The position numbers were made by a program, and so were the translations under genes. A stretch of DNA of 64,000 nt. It comes from Octopus vulgaris. Lineage: Eukaryota. Below are positions 51,592 to 64,000 of this stretch, one piece after another. The stretch's first letter is position 1; each line of letters begins with the position of its first letter. Location of the stretch: the NCBI GenBank assembly GCA_951406725.2, contig OX597824.1, positions 20,894,001 to 20,958,000 of the forward strand, in the 5' to 3' direction. Below the pieces are notes generated by a model, which worked only from the letters and a program-made list of their open reading frames with translations, ran no database searches and was not told the origin of the DNA.

Positions 51592-54500
51592 TTAAAAGGA
51601 GAAAGATTAGTTTGCAGACAGACATTTAAAAACAAACCCTAACACCTTGTGTTATAAGTTTCATAAATACGTATTTCTTTAAATATCTATGAATACATAC
51701 ATAGACAGACACACATATACAGACAGCTTCTCTCTCTCTCTCTCTTGCGACAGATGCATAGCTGAGATATTAGATATTTCTATTAAAAGTAAAATTACAG
51801 ATTTAAAATAGAATTAAATTATTTAGAAAATAATTTAAAGAAAAACAAATAAAAAAGTTTTTAAAAAACTAGTAATTTAACTGTGGCTGTGACGTTACTT
51901 GAAAATTTGTACATTTTTTCTTTCTAATTTATTTTTGAAAAGCTACAAGTAGATTTAATTTATTAACAGCTAATGAAAATTACATAATGTCAGTAATCAA
52001 ATTAAGAAAAAGAAAATAACTAAGGTTTTAAAGAGAAGATTGGAAGACATGCGTAAACTGGTGGGTCAATAACTGCATGCTTCAAAACTCCAATCCAGAA
52101 CAGTTTGTCATCTAGTAATGTAAAGTATTAAGAAAAAATTTTTAAAAGTGGTATTATGAGGGAGGTAAAAAAAAAATGCCACAATATAAATGATGGATTT
52201 TTTAACTAATGAATGAGTAGGTTGTGAAATATTGAATAAAAGACACTGAAACAATAAACAGGTGATGATGAAGTTGAAGGAAAATGATATATTTTTGTGC
52301 TGGGTTTCAGTGAAAGGCGACTACATTGGAAATTAGGCAAGGTTTTGAGGTATCAGGAAAGTAGATGAGAAAGAATGTTCTGTAGCTTCATATTCAGCAA
52401 CTGTAATATCTCAATTCTAGATTCTAAAGCTTTGTTCTGTGATAACCAAATATGGTGTGAAGAGATACAAACAAGATGGGAAATATAATCTTTCTTCTCC
52501 CAGACAGTTTTTTACTTTTAAATCATCCACAGTTCAAAAGCTTAAAACTCTAGTTGGGTTATCTGAAACCCCTTCCAATCACTGAAGTAATGATTTACTA
52601 GAGTATCGTACACAATAATTCAAGAATATTACTTCTGTCTATTCAATGAGAACAATTTAGCATTACCGTAGCAGCATCGCATGGCATCATTCTGTGATTT
52701 AAATTTCCAGCTTTCTGCTTTCTATCTAAATATTTCCTGTTTTTGTAAAATATCAACCACAGAAGAAAAATAAAAAAACAACAACAAAACCCTTCAAAGT
52801 TTTGTAAATAAACACAAGCAGGACTAAGTGGTCAAGAAGTTTGTTTTGCAACCATGTGATTTCAGGTTCAATCCCAATGCATAACACACTGAGCAGTTTC
52901 ATTCTACCATGGCTTTGGGTAGGTAAGTCTGGGAGATGGAAACTGTGTGGATGTCCAGTGGAACAGATCCTGTCTTTGAGTGGAAGACAGCATCTGTTGT
53001 GTTTTAACATGACCAGCTGAATCTTTGGTGCTTTTAGCAGAATCCACACCGTTATAATAATTCAAACTAGATCTCTGGTCAGAGAATAATCCCGTCCTTC
53101 TCTTGCATCAGTCAGAGGCCATACAGGAATTCATGGTCATTGCCCTTCTGCCTTTTGAGTGAAACAAGGGGTTAGTAGAGAAGCAGTGTACAGCAGGGCA
53201 TTACAGACACAAAACTGCTTTCCTTGCAGCAAACATTTTGACATTCTAGGCTTAACTGAATGCTAATCCGATGGCTAATTACTTCAGAAAGTGACTGAAA
53301 GGTTTCGTTGCTAAGTTAGTAAATCAAAACTGGTTTGAGAACAACAAAGCACTGACAACATTTCTTCAACAAGGAAGAATGCAAACAAACAAATTAAGAC
53401 TAGTGAAATAGAACACACTGAATTTTCCCAAGGAATTACACTGGACATGGGCAATCTTTTTTGAAAAACAGGCCACTTGAGACACAGCACTATTATCAAA
53501 CAGGCTGCATTACTAAATAATGCTGAAGGTAATTTTTCATTAGGCAGAACAAACAGAAAGTCCTGCTGCCTGCAGTTTGGCCATGACTGGTTCAGACGCT
53601 GAATAAACATGAAATATGAATATTGAGAAAGCTTTCAAATACTGATACAACCTACTTACTGGTGTTAAGCAAAGAATCAGAAATGCAAAATATCATTTAC
53701 TAAATATCAGCTATTTTAAAATAGATTCATTTAATAAAATCCCAAAGTAAAAAACGGTAATATTTTTTACAATTGGAAAGACAGAAACAAGACCTGAGTA
53801 ACCAACAAAATATGGTAGTAGCTTTAATAATTGTAGTCTCAATATTTTAATTAAAAATCTTATTTTAGGGAGATGTACTTGCATAGCGAGTGACTTGACC
53901 TGAGATTTGTGCTGGAACGAAAACAATTGCAGCACGAAGTTTTGTCAGTGAACAGGTCGCGGTCTCAAAGCGACGAAAATATTTTGACAAATTAAATTTA
54001 AATGTCAAAGTGAATCTAACGGTCTTTGTGTGTTTCTTAAATGGCTTATAAACACCTTCCACAATCTTATTTTAATTTTACAAGTAATCCAGAGAATTTG
54101 TTGGTTTGAGGACTCAGTGAAAAAGCTTCCCTATACCTGATACACAACTGATGGTTTCAAACTTCTAACTCTACTTTGGTGCCAGGTTTAACATTCTGCC
54201 TAGTTTCAAGCCACCTCTTGGTCCTTGAGTAACTTTAGTAGAGTTCATTCTGTCATAAGCATTCAAGCTAAGACCTCTGATCACTTTCCTACCTATATTT
54301 TTTCATGGTGATGTTCAGGTTGGGTATCAGTGTCTTTCTCACCAGTCTGGGAGGCCCTAAAAAGCTCAACGACTGTGATCTTTGGACTAAACCCACATCA
54401 ATACAATTAAATGTGATAATCACTACTCAAGATTTAAAAGATAAAGCTGGTCCCTATAATCAAAAGGCTAGATTATATTTTTAAGATTAGGAGTCAGTCA

Positions 54501-54794
54501 CAGAAGAAAAAAAAAACAAAAATATTTGGGAAAAACCAAGAAAATCAACCAATGTCCAGAACTTGAGAAAATAAAAGAAAAATAACAAAACCTTAAATTC
54601 ATGAAAAGAATCATGAAAAAAAGCAGAAAAAAAAAGAGCAGGAATTTTTTTTTTTTTAGATTAGCAAAGAAATGATTAATTTATTCCAGAGCAAACTTAA
54701 TTGAAGAATTGCTTTTTGATTTTTCAAACATGACACCATTTAGTATATTTGATCACTTTCAGTGTTTTTTTTTTTTAGAGTAATCTGAGCTCAC

Positions 54795-55078
54795 CTGCTT
54801 TAAAAGTCAGCTCATCTGGAGCCGTTGCACTATAATCATATAAAGCGCGCACTGGCACACCTGGTCGGTTATCATCCACCAATGTTGTGTCGTCAAGCCA
54901 ATCATCGCTGTCGGGGTCACCAAACGGATTCCTACCATCAGCATCTTTGATATCAGTAGTGGTGGTAGTAGTGGTAGTGGTAGTAGTAGGAGCAGTAATA
55001 GAAGAGTAAGGAGGAGGAGCAACGTATGTTGAGCTGGAGTATATTGAATCAGGGTTATGATTGTCAGCAGTCTCAGCA
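54795..55078 (-). CDS. PACSIN: PACSIN exon: PPPY, T11, NPF and the first half of SH3 (...VAPPPYSS...DGRNPFGDPDSDDWLDDTTLVDDNRPGVPVRALYDYSATAPDELTFKA)
   Basis: GVxVRALYDY...DELxFKAG preceded by an NPF/acidic linker is typical of syndapins; tttgcag| and G|GTGAGC; phase 2 to 1. Confidence 0.9.
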
Positions 55079-55826
55079 CTGCAAAGTTAACAGAAATAGT
55101 CGGTGGTGGAATTGTGGCAACAGGGAGACAAAAAGAAGCAAGGAGTGCAACAAGTTTTTTTTTTTTTTTTTTTTTAAATGGAAAGAAGAAGAAAAAAAAA
55201 GAAGATAATAATGAAGATTTAGAAAGAAAAAAAAAATACCCTTAAATCTACAGAAAAAACACAGGGATTTTCAAAGGAAAACATGCATATAAAGGATACA
55301 AAGAGGAAAAAAAAATAAAGGAAAATGGTTGAGAAAATCACATGCAAAGCGACATGGAGGAACGACATTAAAATGAATGCAAAAAAATTGAATATACAAA
55401 CATATAAAGCACACTGATTCTAGTAATAAAATATATATATATATATATATAGACATACACACATATATATATAGCTGTGCAATAGAAGGGAATTAGAAGT
55501 AATGGTGGTTTCCAGAACTTTCTCTTTTACATTTTTGAAACAATAACGAAGATTTAGACATTATTAACTGTTCAAATTATTGAGTTACAAATTTTTTTTT
55601 TCTTTCAGTTTCTTTAAAATCAGAAGGCACAAAGCCACAAGTTTTTAAGCAGAGAGCGGATTAACTGATTAAATTTACCCCAGGATTAGGATTGGATGAA
55701 ACGTTAAGTTTGACTTTAGTTGGACTTGGATTGAGAATGTAAAGAGCTGTAACTAAATACCACAAGGCATTTTGTACAACATTTTAATAACTCTGTCAAC
55801 CCACTTCAATGAAGATGATGATGGTA

Positions 55827-55866
<40 letters not shown>

Positions 55867-58800
55867 CAATCCCTTCTATTATAGGCACAGGGCCTGAAAT
55901 TTGGGGGAAGGGGTTAGTCAATTAAATCTACCCTGAAAGGATGAAAGGCAAAGTTGACCCAATGAGATTTGAACTCAGAATGTAAAGAGCCAGGAGAAGT
56001 GCTGCTTAGCACAATGATGATGATGATGATGATGATTTCAAATTTTGGCAGAAGGACATAGGAGAGGGGACAAGTCAATTGCATCAACCCCAGTACTTGC
56101 CGGGAACTTTGTTTTACTGACCCTGAAAGAATGAAGGGGCAGAGTTAAACTCAGTAGGATTTGATCTCAAGCTGGAAAGACTTGGAACAAAATACTGCAA
56201 AATATTTCGCTCAATGCTAAACCAATTCTGTCAAACCACATCTTTGATAATCGTTTCTAACCTAAGCACAAAGCCTCAAATTTGGTAGAATTGGTCAAAA
56301 CGGTCCCTGTACTTGCACTGGTTTTACCAATCCTGGATGGATTTGAACTTAGAATATAAACACCAGAACAAACACCACAAGGTATTTTCCCCACCAATTC
56401 TTTAACAATTCAATCAATCCAGCATCACAATACCAATAATAATATTTTAAAGAATTATTGATTTTGTCTGAAAACAGAAAAATATTGTCCAATCAAAACA
56501 GAAAAAAAAGTTTGGCAGATGAATCCAAAATAGGAACAAATGATAGTAAAAATAAAAGAAACAAGTTAATAAAGATTTAGAGTATGACATCTAAATTTTA
56601 CTTGAAAAGACGAATAATATTAAATTTAGAAGAAAATTGAAACTCATTTAATATAACATATTGGTAAGTTGCTGTTTTGTAAAATGCAGCATGCCAATAC
56701 AATAATAGTAATAATAATAATAAAAAGTACAAGAAAAACAGAGAAATATTGAAGCTAGACTGTTTCGGTAAATTCTTGGAGCCAGAACACTTATAGAAAA
56801 GCTTAGAATAGGAAAGCAAAAAATAAGTCAACGGAATGTTTATTTGTTCAGGAAAGCATAAAAACTAAGCTGCATTCTATTTGTAAATCAATTTTTAATT
56901 AAATTTTTGCATTTAAATCAGCCACATCAGGCCAAAATATTCACCCTGTTTTATGTTCAAACTGGCCAGATCTGGCCTCTCTCACCTATCCCACAATGTC
57001 ATTTTAAAAATAAACAATCACATCCTCAATATCTCGAAGCTATAAGCTACAATGCATTTCACAAACTAATCTGAATGCTTAGGGGTTAATCATCAAATAC
57101 TGAAAATCTGCAGAGAGAGAAACACCAGCTCAACAAACTAAATGTAGTCTTACAATATTTGATCTTGATGTCCTACATTCTAAGCTCAAATCTTGACAGT
57201 CCAACTTTGCTTTCCATTTCTTTAGAGCCGACAAAGTAAGAAATCTCCAATATGAACTCATATAATTTTCATTATAACCAAAACTGATTTTGGTTCCTAT
57301 ATATTCTGTGGCCTTGTACCAAATGTATTTATCAATGCTTTCCATAGCAAATTGGAATCGAAAATATCATCAAGACCAGGTCAGCGATAATTTTAATTTA
57401 AAATTCAAGCCTTAATGTCTGGTGTAGCGGTGACCATTTAAAAAAACAGAGTAAATCTCCAGTAAACCTATGAACCAGTTTCAAATCCTAGATGAAGCTA
57501 TTTAGCCACGACTCCAATGAAATCTGAAGTCTTGCACTTAAACAGTGCATCATTTCGGATTAATGATCTGTTAATCTTTTATAATCTACCTCATTACCAA
57601 ATATTGCCTTCTAATGATAAAACAGCTTCCAGTTACTTGCAAGGTTCAGAACTGTTAAAAGCAGACAAAACCAAGCCAAAACAAAAACCAAAATCCTCTT
57701 TGTTTGCAAAAGGAAAGTTAATATAATTCTTGTACTGAAAAAGAAAATGCTGACTGAAACAAACAACCTTTCTAAAATACTTGAGAAGGGTGTGTGTGTG
57801 TGTGTGCATGCATGTATATGCATGTACGTATTCTGCATGAAGAATTTAAGTGTGCTGCTTGAAAGCGCATGGCTTGTATAGTGAATGGGGAAAGCTTGGC
57901 CTGCAATGTTTGCAGCCATGTATGGTTGTCAAGGGCAGGGCTCATTAGCCACCAACAGAGCCGTAAATGCAAAATATAAGTTAGTCCTAGAGCGCAAAAT
58001 GTTCCTAAAAGTCGGCAATGGTCTTCCTCTGTCACGAGTGGACGACCATCATGTTGAAATGAAAAAATAGGGAGGATTTGTGAGAGCCAAAACCAATTGT
58101 AGTTCCAATGAGGAATCTGGAAAAGGTGTTGGATTCAGTAAATCACAGCACCAAACTTCAGTAATTTCTTTTGACTAGAGACAAACTCAGTTCCTACGGC
58201 AAATGTTATAGGGAACTGAACCGATTCTGGTTTGGTACAGTGGACTCTCACACTGAAGAGGATTCTGCAACTTTGTGCTGCACAACCTACACAGATGATT
58301 TCTTTTGTAGTGATCAAATGTATGTGGCATACGTTAGCGCACTCCCTTCATCAAATTGCTATTACCTGTACAGGTGCATGGTGTGCCACATGTCAGATAT
58401 CAGTGGTCATTAAGCAATTTGAAATGAAGTGTTCTGGTCAAGAACAACAAAGCACCACCTAGTCCAGGAATCAAAACCACCATCTTGTGAAAACACGAGT
58501 GCAACAACCTAACCACTAGGACATGTACCTTAATAAATGAATATATTTATGTTCACTTTGTAGCCACATGGTTTCAATTTCATTGTAGGACACCCAGGGC
58601 AAATGTCTTCAAATATAGCTTTGTGCCAACCAATGCCTTGTGAATTGCCAGACAGGAACAAATATGGAAATTAGTTTATCTAAGTATGTATACGTGTGTG
58701 TGTGTGTGTGTGTATGTATGTGTACAAATGCTGATGTTTCTTGACCTCACTGGTCACTGTCTGAATAATACAGTGATGTAATGTTTGCATTTCCCATTGA

Positions 58801-61014
58801 CAATACATCCTGTTGCTCAGTGTTTTCAAAGACCAGCAGAATAAAAAAAATAAAAATAAAAAACAAGCAAACCCCCCAAAAACACCCTTACTTGAAAGAC
58901 AAGTAATGGCTGGTGACAGGGAATGTGTCTAACTATAATCTACTGTCTTGAATAAACTTCTGTCCAACCCATGCTAGCATGGAAAAAACAGGCATAAAAA
59001 TGATCAAATGAGTGTGTGTCTGGTGTAACAGGTCCTTATCTCCTTCAGTGTTAGACTAATGGTTGTAAGAAAAATCCACAAGATTCAAGTAATACAATAG
59101 TTTCATTCCATCTGTTGTGTTATAGTTACAAGTCAGGTAGAAAATAAAAAATGATTGAATGCTATTAAGAAAAACCAGAAAAATTCCCCTTCCCTGCAAA
59201 ACACAATTTTTTTTCAAAATTCAAATAAGCAGAGTTTGTTTTTTAAATTCAAAATCATATTAATATGTGTTATCAATGATATGACAAAACGTACATGAAA
59301 ATAACCTAAACCTTAGACCTGAATGGAAAATATTTGCAAGCTTGTTATAAAATACAACAGTAAGCTTTTCAGACAGCTGACAATACAAAGAAGAATTACA
59401 AAGATGAAAAGAAAGGAAGGAAATAAGGAAGATATAAAAGAATCAAAGAGAGAAAAATAAAAAAAGGTGTTGCATGCAGTTTCAAAAACGAGCAAATAGC
59501 AACATGCACTGGCTGCAACTGTCATGGCATCAGATTGAGGAAAGACGGATCAAATTAGACAAACAGATGACAAAAGGAAAAGAAAAATGAAATCAACGGA
59601 GAGAAATTAATGGTTAAAATTTGGACAGAAAGCGGCTATATAAAATCTTTGGGAATAACAAAAAGGAACCTGCTCTTCATAGCCATTCCTATGCAGATAT
59701 TTTAGGTTGATTGCTATAAAATGAATTAAGAACTCTTCTAGCCAGAAAATTATTCTTTTAAGTGAAATTTGGAAAAAAAATCCCACATAATAGATAATGA
59801 TAAACATTGATATTAACCAACTTATTTAAAGAAAGGAAACAGTCCAAATAATCATTTAATATTTTTAAGCAAAGATTCTATATTGAATATAAAGTTTATA
59901 TATAGGACAGGTAGAATACAAACTGATGAAGAATAAATATAGAGACAGGTGCTTGCTTCCTTCTTTTTGCACTTTCTTAACTTTTTGGCATTTAAGCGGG
60001 CCATATCAGGTTAAAATATTCTGTCCGTTTTAGGTTGAAACTGACCAGATCTAACTTCTCTCACTTACCTGACAATGTCATTCTAAACTAAACAATCACA
60101 TCATTGAAATGCCAAAGCTACAAGACAATGTGAATGAGCATAAGATTTTGAAACTAGTCTGAATGTTAACGGACTAAGAAAATATATTGTCTGTCTAAAA
60201 GCTAAGCTTATATACAATGTGTAACAGTAATTTCAGTAAATTGTAAAAGGAAAGACCTTATATTACATATTGCATATGATATGCAAGTCGTGAATCTGAG
60301 GAAACATTAAAGATGAACCAAGGTGTACCTAGCCTTACCTGGGGTTATAGAGAATGTAAGCAAAAGTCAGATGAGCCCCTGTACAAAATTTAAGGTACCT
60401 ACACTCCCTACTAAATATATTAAGATGAAAACCTTAACGAACGTCGTTATTTTGTTAGTCTTTGAGCATAAATTTGTGTTAATTTAACTGCACAGTGTTA
60501 TAATTCATGAGTGATATTGAATTTCACCAACAAAAACGGTTAGAGGAAAACAGACCTGAGGGTAAAAAGATTATTGTATAAGCATGATAAGAAATAACAT
60601 TGTGTTTTTATATATACACACATATATATATATATATATATCATGCATATGCTCTTAAATTAATTAGCTACAACCAGATTTGTGAATATTCATATATATA
60701 TATACACATACACACATATATATGTATGTATGTATCTTTCCCCACCTCCCGACACAAATTCATAAATAACAGTCTGAAGCAAATCCCTTAGAGAAAGTAC
60801 GATGGAAAATAAGGGCACGTGGTAACCCTGTTGTGACTGTAGGTAAAAGCAGGTGGGGGGGGTGGCGAGTCTTGGTTTGTACTGATGTTGTTTGTTTGCA
60901 AGGTCAGATCTGGAGCGGTGCAAATGGAACAACTGATACAGGTTTACAACAATGGGAAGTTAGCTAACTGCCTGTGGTGGGGGCGGGTGTAGGATCGTAC
61001 CTACCTGGTAGAGA

Positions 61015-61882
61015 TCAATCAGAGAAATCAGACAAGGACTCGGTTTCAACACTGCGATAATAACCCTCAATCGACTGATCTGTGTTGGATCTGTTCAAAA
61101 CTCCATAGTCAGTTGATCCTTTTCGGCTGTCTATATATGGAGAGGATTGGTGCATAGGGCTCCTGTTATTGTTCAGGTTCTTATTTGGAGTGTTTATATT
61201 TCTGTTGACACCGATTCCTTTGTTACCTCCAGCAGGTTTCCCAAGTATCATGTCTCGAATTTCTTGGTCAAAGTTATCAGGTATTCCTCTATACTGGTTC
61301 TTTCTGGTTGGGATCGGCGATGGAGAGCTAGGTCTCCTCTCTTCTATGTGAATTGTAGGTGCATTTTGATTCATCATGGGTCTCATCATTGGGTTAGGTG
61401 GACCCTGGGGTTGTGGTGTCATGCTACCACGTCGATTTCCTGGACTTACTTTTGGCTCATTTATTACTGGTGGTCGCATGCCAGGTGGACCCATACCGGG
61501 TGGGCCCATTCCGGGTGGACCCATACCAGGTGGCCCCATTCCAGGTGGGCCCATGCCAGGTGGGCCCATACCAGGTGGGCCCATACCAGGTGGGCCCATG
61601 CCAGGTGGACCCATGCCAGGTGGTCTCATGCCAGCTGGACCCATGCCAGGTGGACCCATGCCAGGTGGACCCATACCAGGTGGACCCATACCAGGTGGTC
61701 TCATGCCAGCTGGACCCATACCTGGTGGTCTCATGCCACGGGGACTTGAAACATGGGAACGTGGATCCATTCCAAATTTAGCTGGTCCAGCACCCCGTCC
61801 TTGAGGCCCCATACCTGCGGGTGACTGAGTAGTTGGGTTGATTTTTATGCCAGTGTTCAAAGGTCCTTTCTGCCTGGGTGAG
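61015..61882 (-). CDS. PACSIN: Alternative PACSIN exon: 288 codons, Pro/Gly/Met-rich, 18 GM(G/R)P(P/A) repeats, ends in TGA
   Basis: Pyrimidine-rich tract ending ttactag|, phase 2; long open frame; repeat units differ mostly at synonymous third positions in this frame. Confidence 0.72.
61468..61737 (-). repeat. Coding 15-bp tandem repeat, 18 units (GMGPP/GMRPP/GMGPA)
   Basis: 270 nt of GGNATG(GGN/MGA)CCA(CCN/GCT) units. Confidence 0.95.
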
Positions 61883-62409
61883 CTAGTAAGGTAAATAGAG
61901 GAAGGAACAAAGGACTTAGAAAACATCATTGCTACGATTGGATATAAAAATTTCAATTTCATGTTAACAATTGCTATTTTAATCAAATAACCTACACAAT
62001 CCTGTAAATTATTAAGTGATCCAGATAAGAATCATTTAATAATCTATCGGCTGTAACAAACAACCTGAAGAAAGTCTGTTAGTGTTGTGTAAGCTCAAAG
62101 ATCAGCTCCTTGTAAAATAAGAATGGATTAAATTAAAGAATTTTCTTCTTCTTTGTACTAAGCTAGAAAATCATACCCCCCCCCCCCACTTCAGAAGAAC
62201 TAAAACTGAAGAGCTGAGAAGAAAAATTCTAATAATTTAATTTATTATTATTTTTTCTTTTAAGAGCCCGTCTAATCTATAATGGCAAAAGTCTGCATAG
62301 GAAGAGGTATGTTGTTGACAGGAACTTTCATTTCATGCCAAGATGCAGTAAATAAAATGTTTTTTTAGTAATTTAAATTATAGACACTGAACTGCAAACC
62401 TATCATTAC

Positions 62410-62569
62410 TTTTTCTTTTGAGATGCATCTTTCACCAAATGTTTAGCATCACTATGTATATCTTCGTCGTCAGATTCCTCTCCAAAAGGATTGAGACTTT
62501 CATCGTAGCTCTCTTGCCTATAAAAGGTATAGGAGCTATAAGACTGTTCAAATTCAATGAAGTCGAGAG
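62410..62569 (-). CDS. PACSIN: PACSIN/syndapin linker exon with NPF motif (LDFIEFEQSYSSYTFYRQESYDESLNPFGEESDDEDIHSDAKHLVKDASQKK)
   Basis: ttttag| acceptor, AA|GTAATG donor in phase 2, compatible with both the 61882 and 55078 acceptors; NPF with acidic flank. The acceptor could instead be near 62518. Confidence 0.7.
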
Positions 62570-64000
62570 CTAAAAGTATTGTGTTTTTAATTTTTGGCGG
62601 GAAGGGAATGTGGAGCCAAAGTAAAATTGAACAAACACACACGCATACACGTACACACGACACGCACACACACCATTCCATGCATTTTAAGATAAATTAT
62701 TAGATTTTTTTAAAAAAACAAGAATTTTTTTTTTTTTAAAGTGGATGTTAAGTTTCTTTGAGAGGATTATTTTCTGATAGGTATGGGCAATATAGATGAG
62801 AGAATTAATAAAACAAAAAACAACAAACGTGAAAAAAGAAAAAGGCAAGAAAATAGCGCCTTGTGTGTTTGAAAAAAAGCTCACCAAAATTTCAATTCGT
62901 TTACAGAATCAATAGTTATTAAACAAATAAATAGATATTAGATTGCTTTTGCAAGAAGAAACACACATAAACACACACAAGAAAATACAATAATAAAATT
63001 GGGAGAAAAAGAGAAATCAATAAACAATATCAAATACATGTGTTGTTTATCAAATTCATACAAATAAATAGAAACAATTTAGTATGATGTATTTGTTGGG
63101 ACCTGAAATATATTTTGTATGAGAGCTGAAAATAAAATGAAATTACTTGAAAAAAAAAAAAATAAAAAAACAGGCGAGAGAAACAAAGTCCAATCAGGAT
63201 GCTCAACTGATTAGACAAAATAACAATTTTCCCGATAGATTAAACCATTATTCTCATTTTGTTTTTTCCTTCCTAATACACAAAAATTAGTTGTAAATCA
63301 ACGTTTGATCTAAAAACATCTTTGCACTAAAGTTAACTCCCATCCTATACACATACATACAAAAGCAATTTTCTTTTTTTTTTGCTAGACTGCTCATTTA
63401 ATAGTGACTGCAAGAAAAAAAAAAAACCCCAAAAACTCATAAAATGAAGGGTTGGACAAAATCCTAGCTGTTCCCACTTAATGAAAACAATCTTATTGCT
63501 ACCGTAAATCTATATTAAACTAGATTAACCCATCTTGCAGATATTGACAAACTCATCATCTTCAATAACTCTCTTCTAAACCAATAAAATATCAGAGTAT
63601 CAACTGTTAATGAGTCATGAGTTTAAATGTACAACAAACATTTCACCAGAAGCACTGAGTAAATTATTAATTCTTATATTAGTTTATGTAACTTCAGAAT
63701 GGATATCAGCTTCCTCTGGGAAAGTTGCCCATAAAAATTAGTCATAGACTCGTTTGTCTCTCATCTACTTCACACCAGAGAAACTGATAATTGCTCTTAG
63801 TTCAACCCCGCCTCCTCCACCTTTTTTTTTTTTAGTTCATGCATGTAAAATTATAAGTTATAACATGCTCAGAGACCATTGTCTGTTTATACTGTTTTTT
63901 TTTGTTATTTTTTTTCCCTAAGTAGGACAACTTATGAGTACAGCTGAAACTTATTTCTTACCTTTATATTGGAATGGTAGGGAGGGATAAAATTTTGATT

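Noticed and set aside
60788-60932. Pro-rich - strand frame (TAPDLTLQTNNISTNQDSPPPPPAFTYSHNR) after the GMGPP exon
   Set aside because: Weak acceptor, no convincing in-phase donor and no recognisable homology; more likely UTR or intron.
61147-61804. + strand ORFs (WAHAR, GGPMP and VDPCQ repeats)
   Set aside because: Antisense shadows of the GMGPP exon; variation is synonymous only in the - strand frame, which also has a proper acceptor.
61883-61986. N-terminal extension of the 323-aa ORF (MIKIAIV...)
   Set aside because: Lies in the pyrimidine tract upstream of the phase-compatible acceptor; probably intronic, although an internal start cannot be excluded.
62400-62411. Triple stop TAA TGA TAG ending the NPF exon frame
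   Set aside because: It overlaps the AA|GTAATG donor that is phase-compatible with two downstream exons, so it is treated as intronic; it would matter only on intron retention.
63530-63575. Possible upstream PACSIN exon (KRVIEDDEFVNICKM) on the - strand
   Set aside because: Phase could fit, but the donor (GTTAAT) is weak and the peptide is not recognisable.

Overview
AT-rich, microsatellite- and transposon-rich animal genomic DNA. The repeat families suggest a cephalopod, probably Octopus; this is inference from memory, not a database result. Two convergent intron-containing genes can be assembled by hand with consistent GT-AG sites and exon phases. (1) On the + strand is a complete CRELD (cysteine-rich with EGF-like domains) gene. 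It has 10 shared coding exons (4765-26675) and two mutually exclusive last exons: one encodes a two-transmembrane CRELD1-like tail (28370-28569, 411-aa isoform), the other a soluble tail ending KVEL*, CRELD2-like (41364-41425, 365-aa isoform). A perfect ER-stress response element (CGTGG-N9-ATTGG) lies upstream. (2) On the - strand is the 3' part of a PACSIN/syndapin gene (NPF-motif linker exons and a split SH3 domain, 62569 to 51475). It carries an extra 288-codon exon with 18 GM(G/R)P(P/A) repeats that ends in TGA; this exon either replaces the SH3 tail or acts as a recoded or poison cassette. Introns hold tRNA-derived SINEs (one family forms head+n x body concatemers), RTE and CR1/L2-type LINE 3' ends, non-autonomous Helitrons, TTAA MITEs, a deleted mariner, long fold-back palindromes in (TA)n tracts and several minimal hammerhead-ribozyme motifs. 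One hammerhead is fused to a tRNA-derived Pol III head. Almost all ORFs in the supplied track are spurious.
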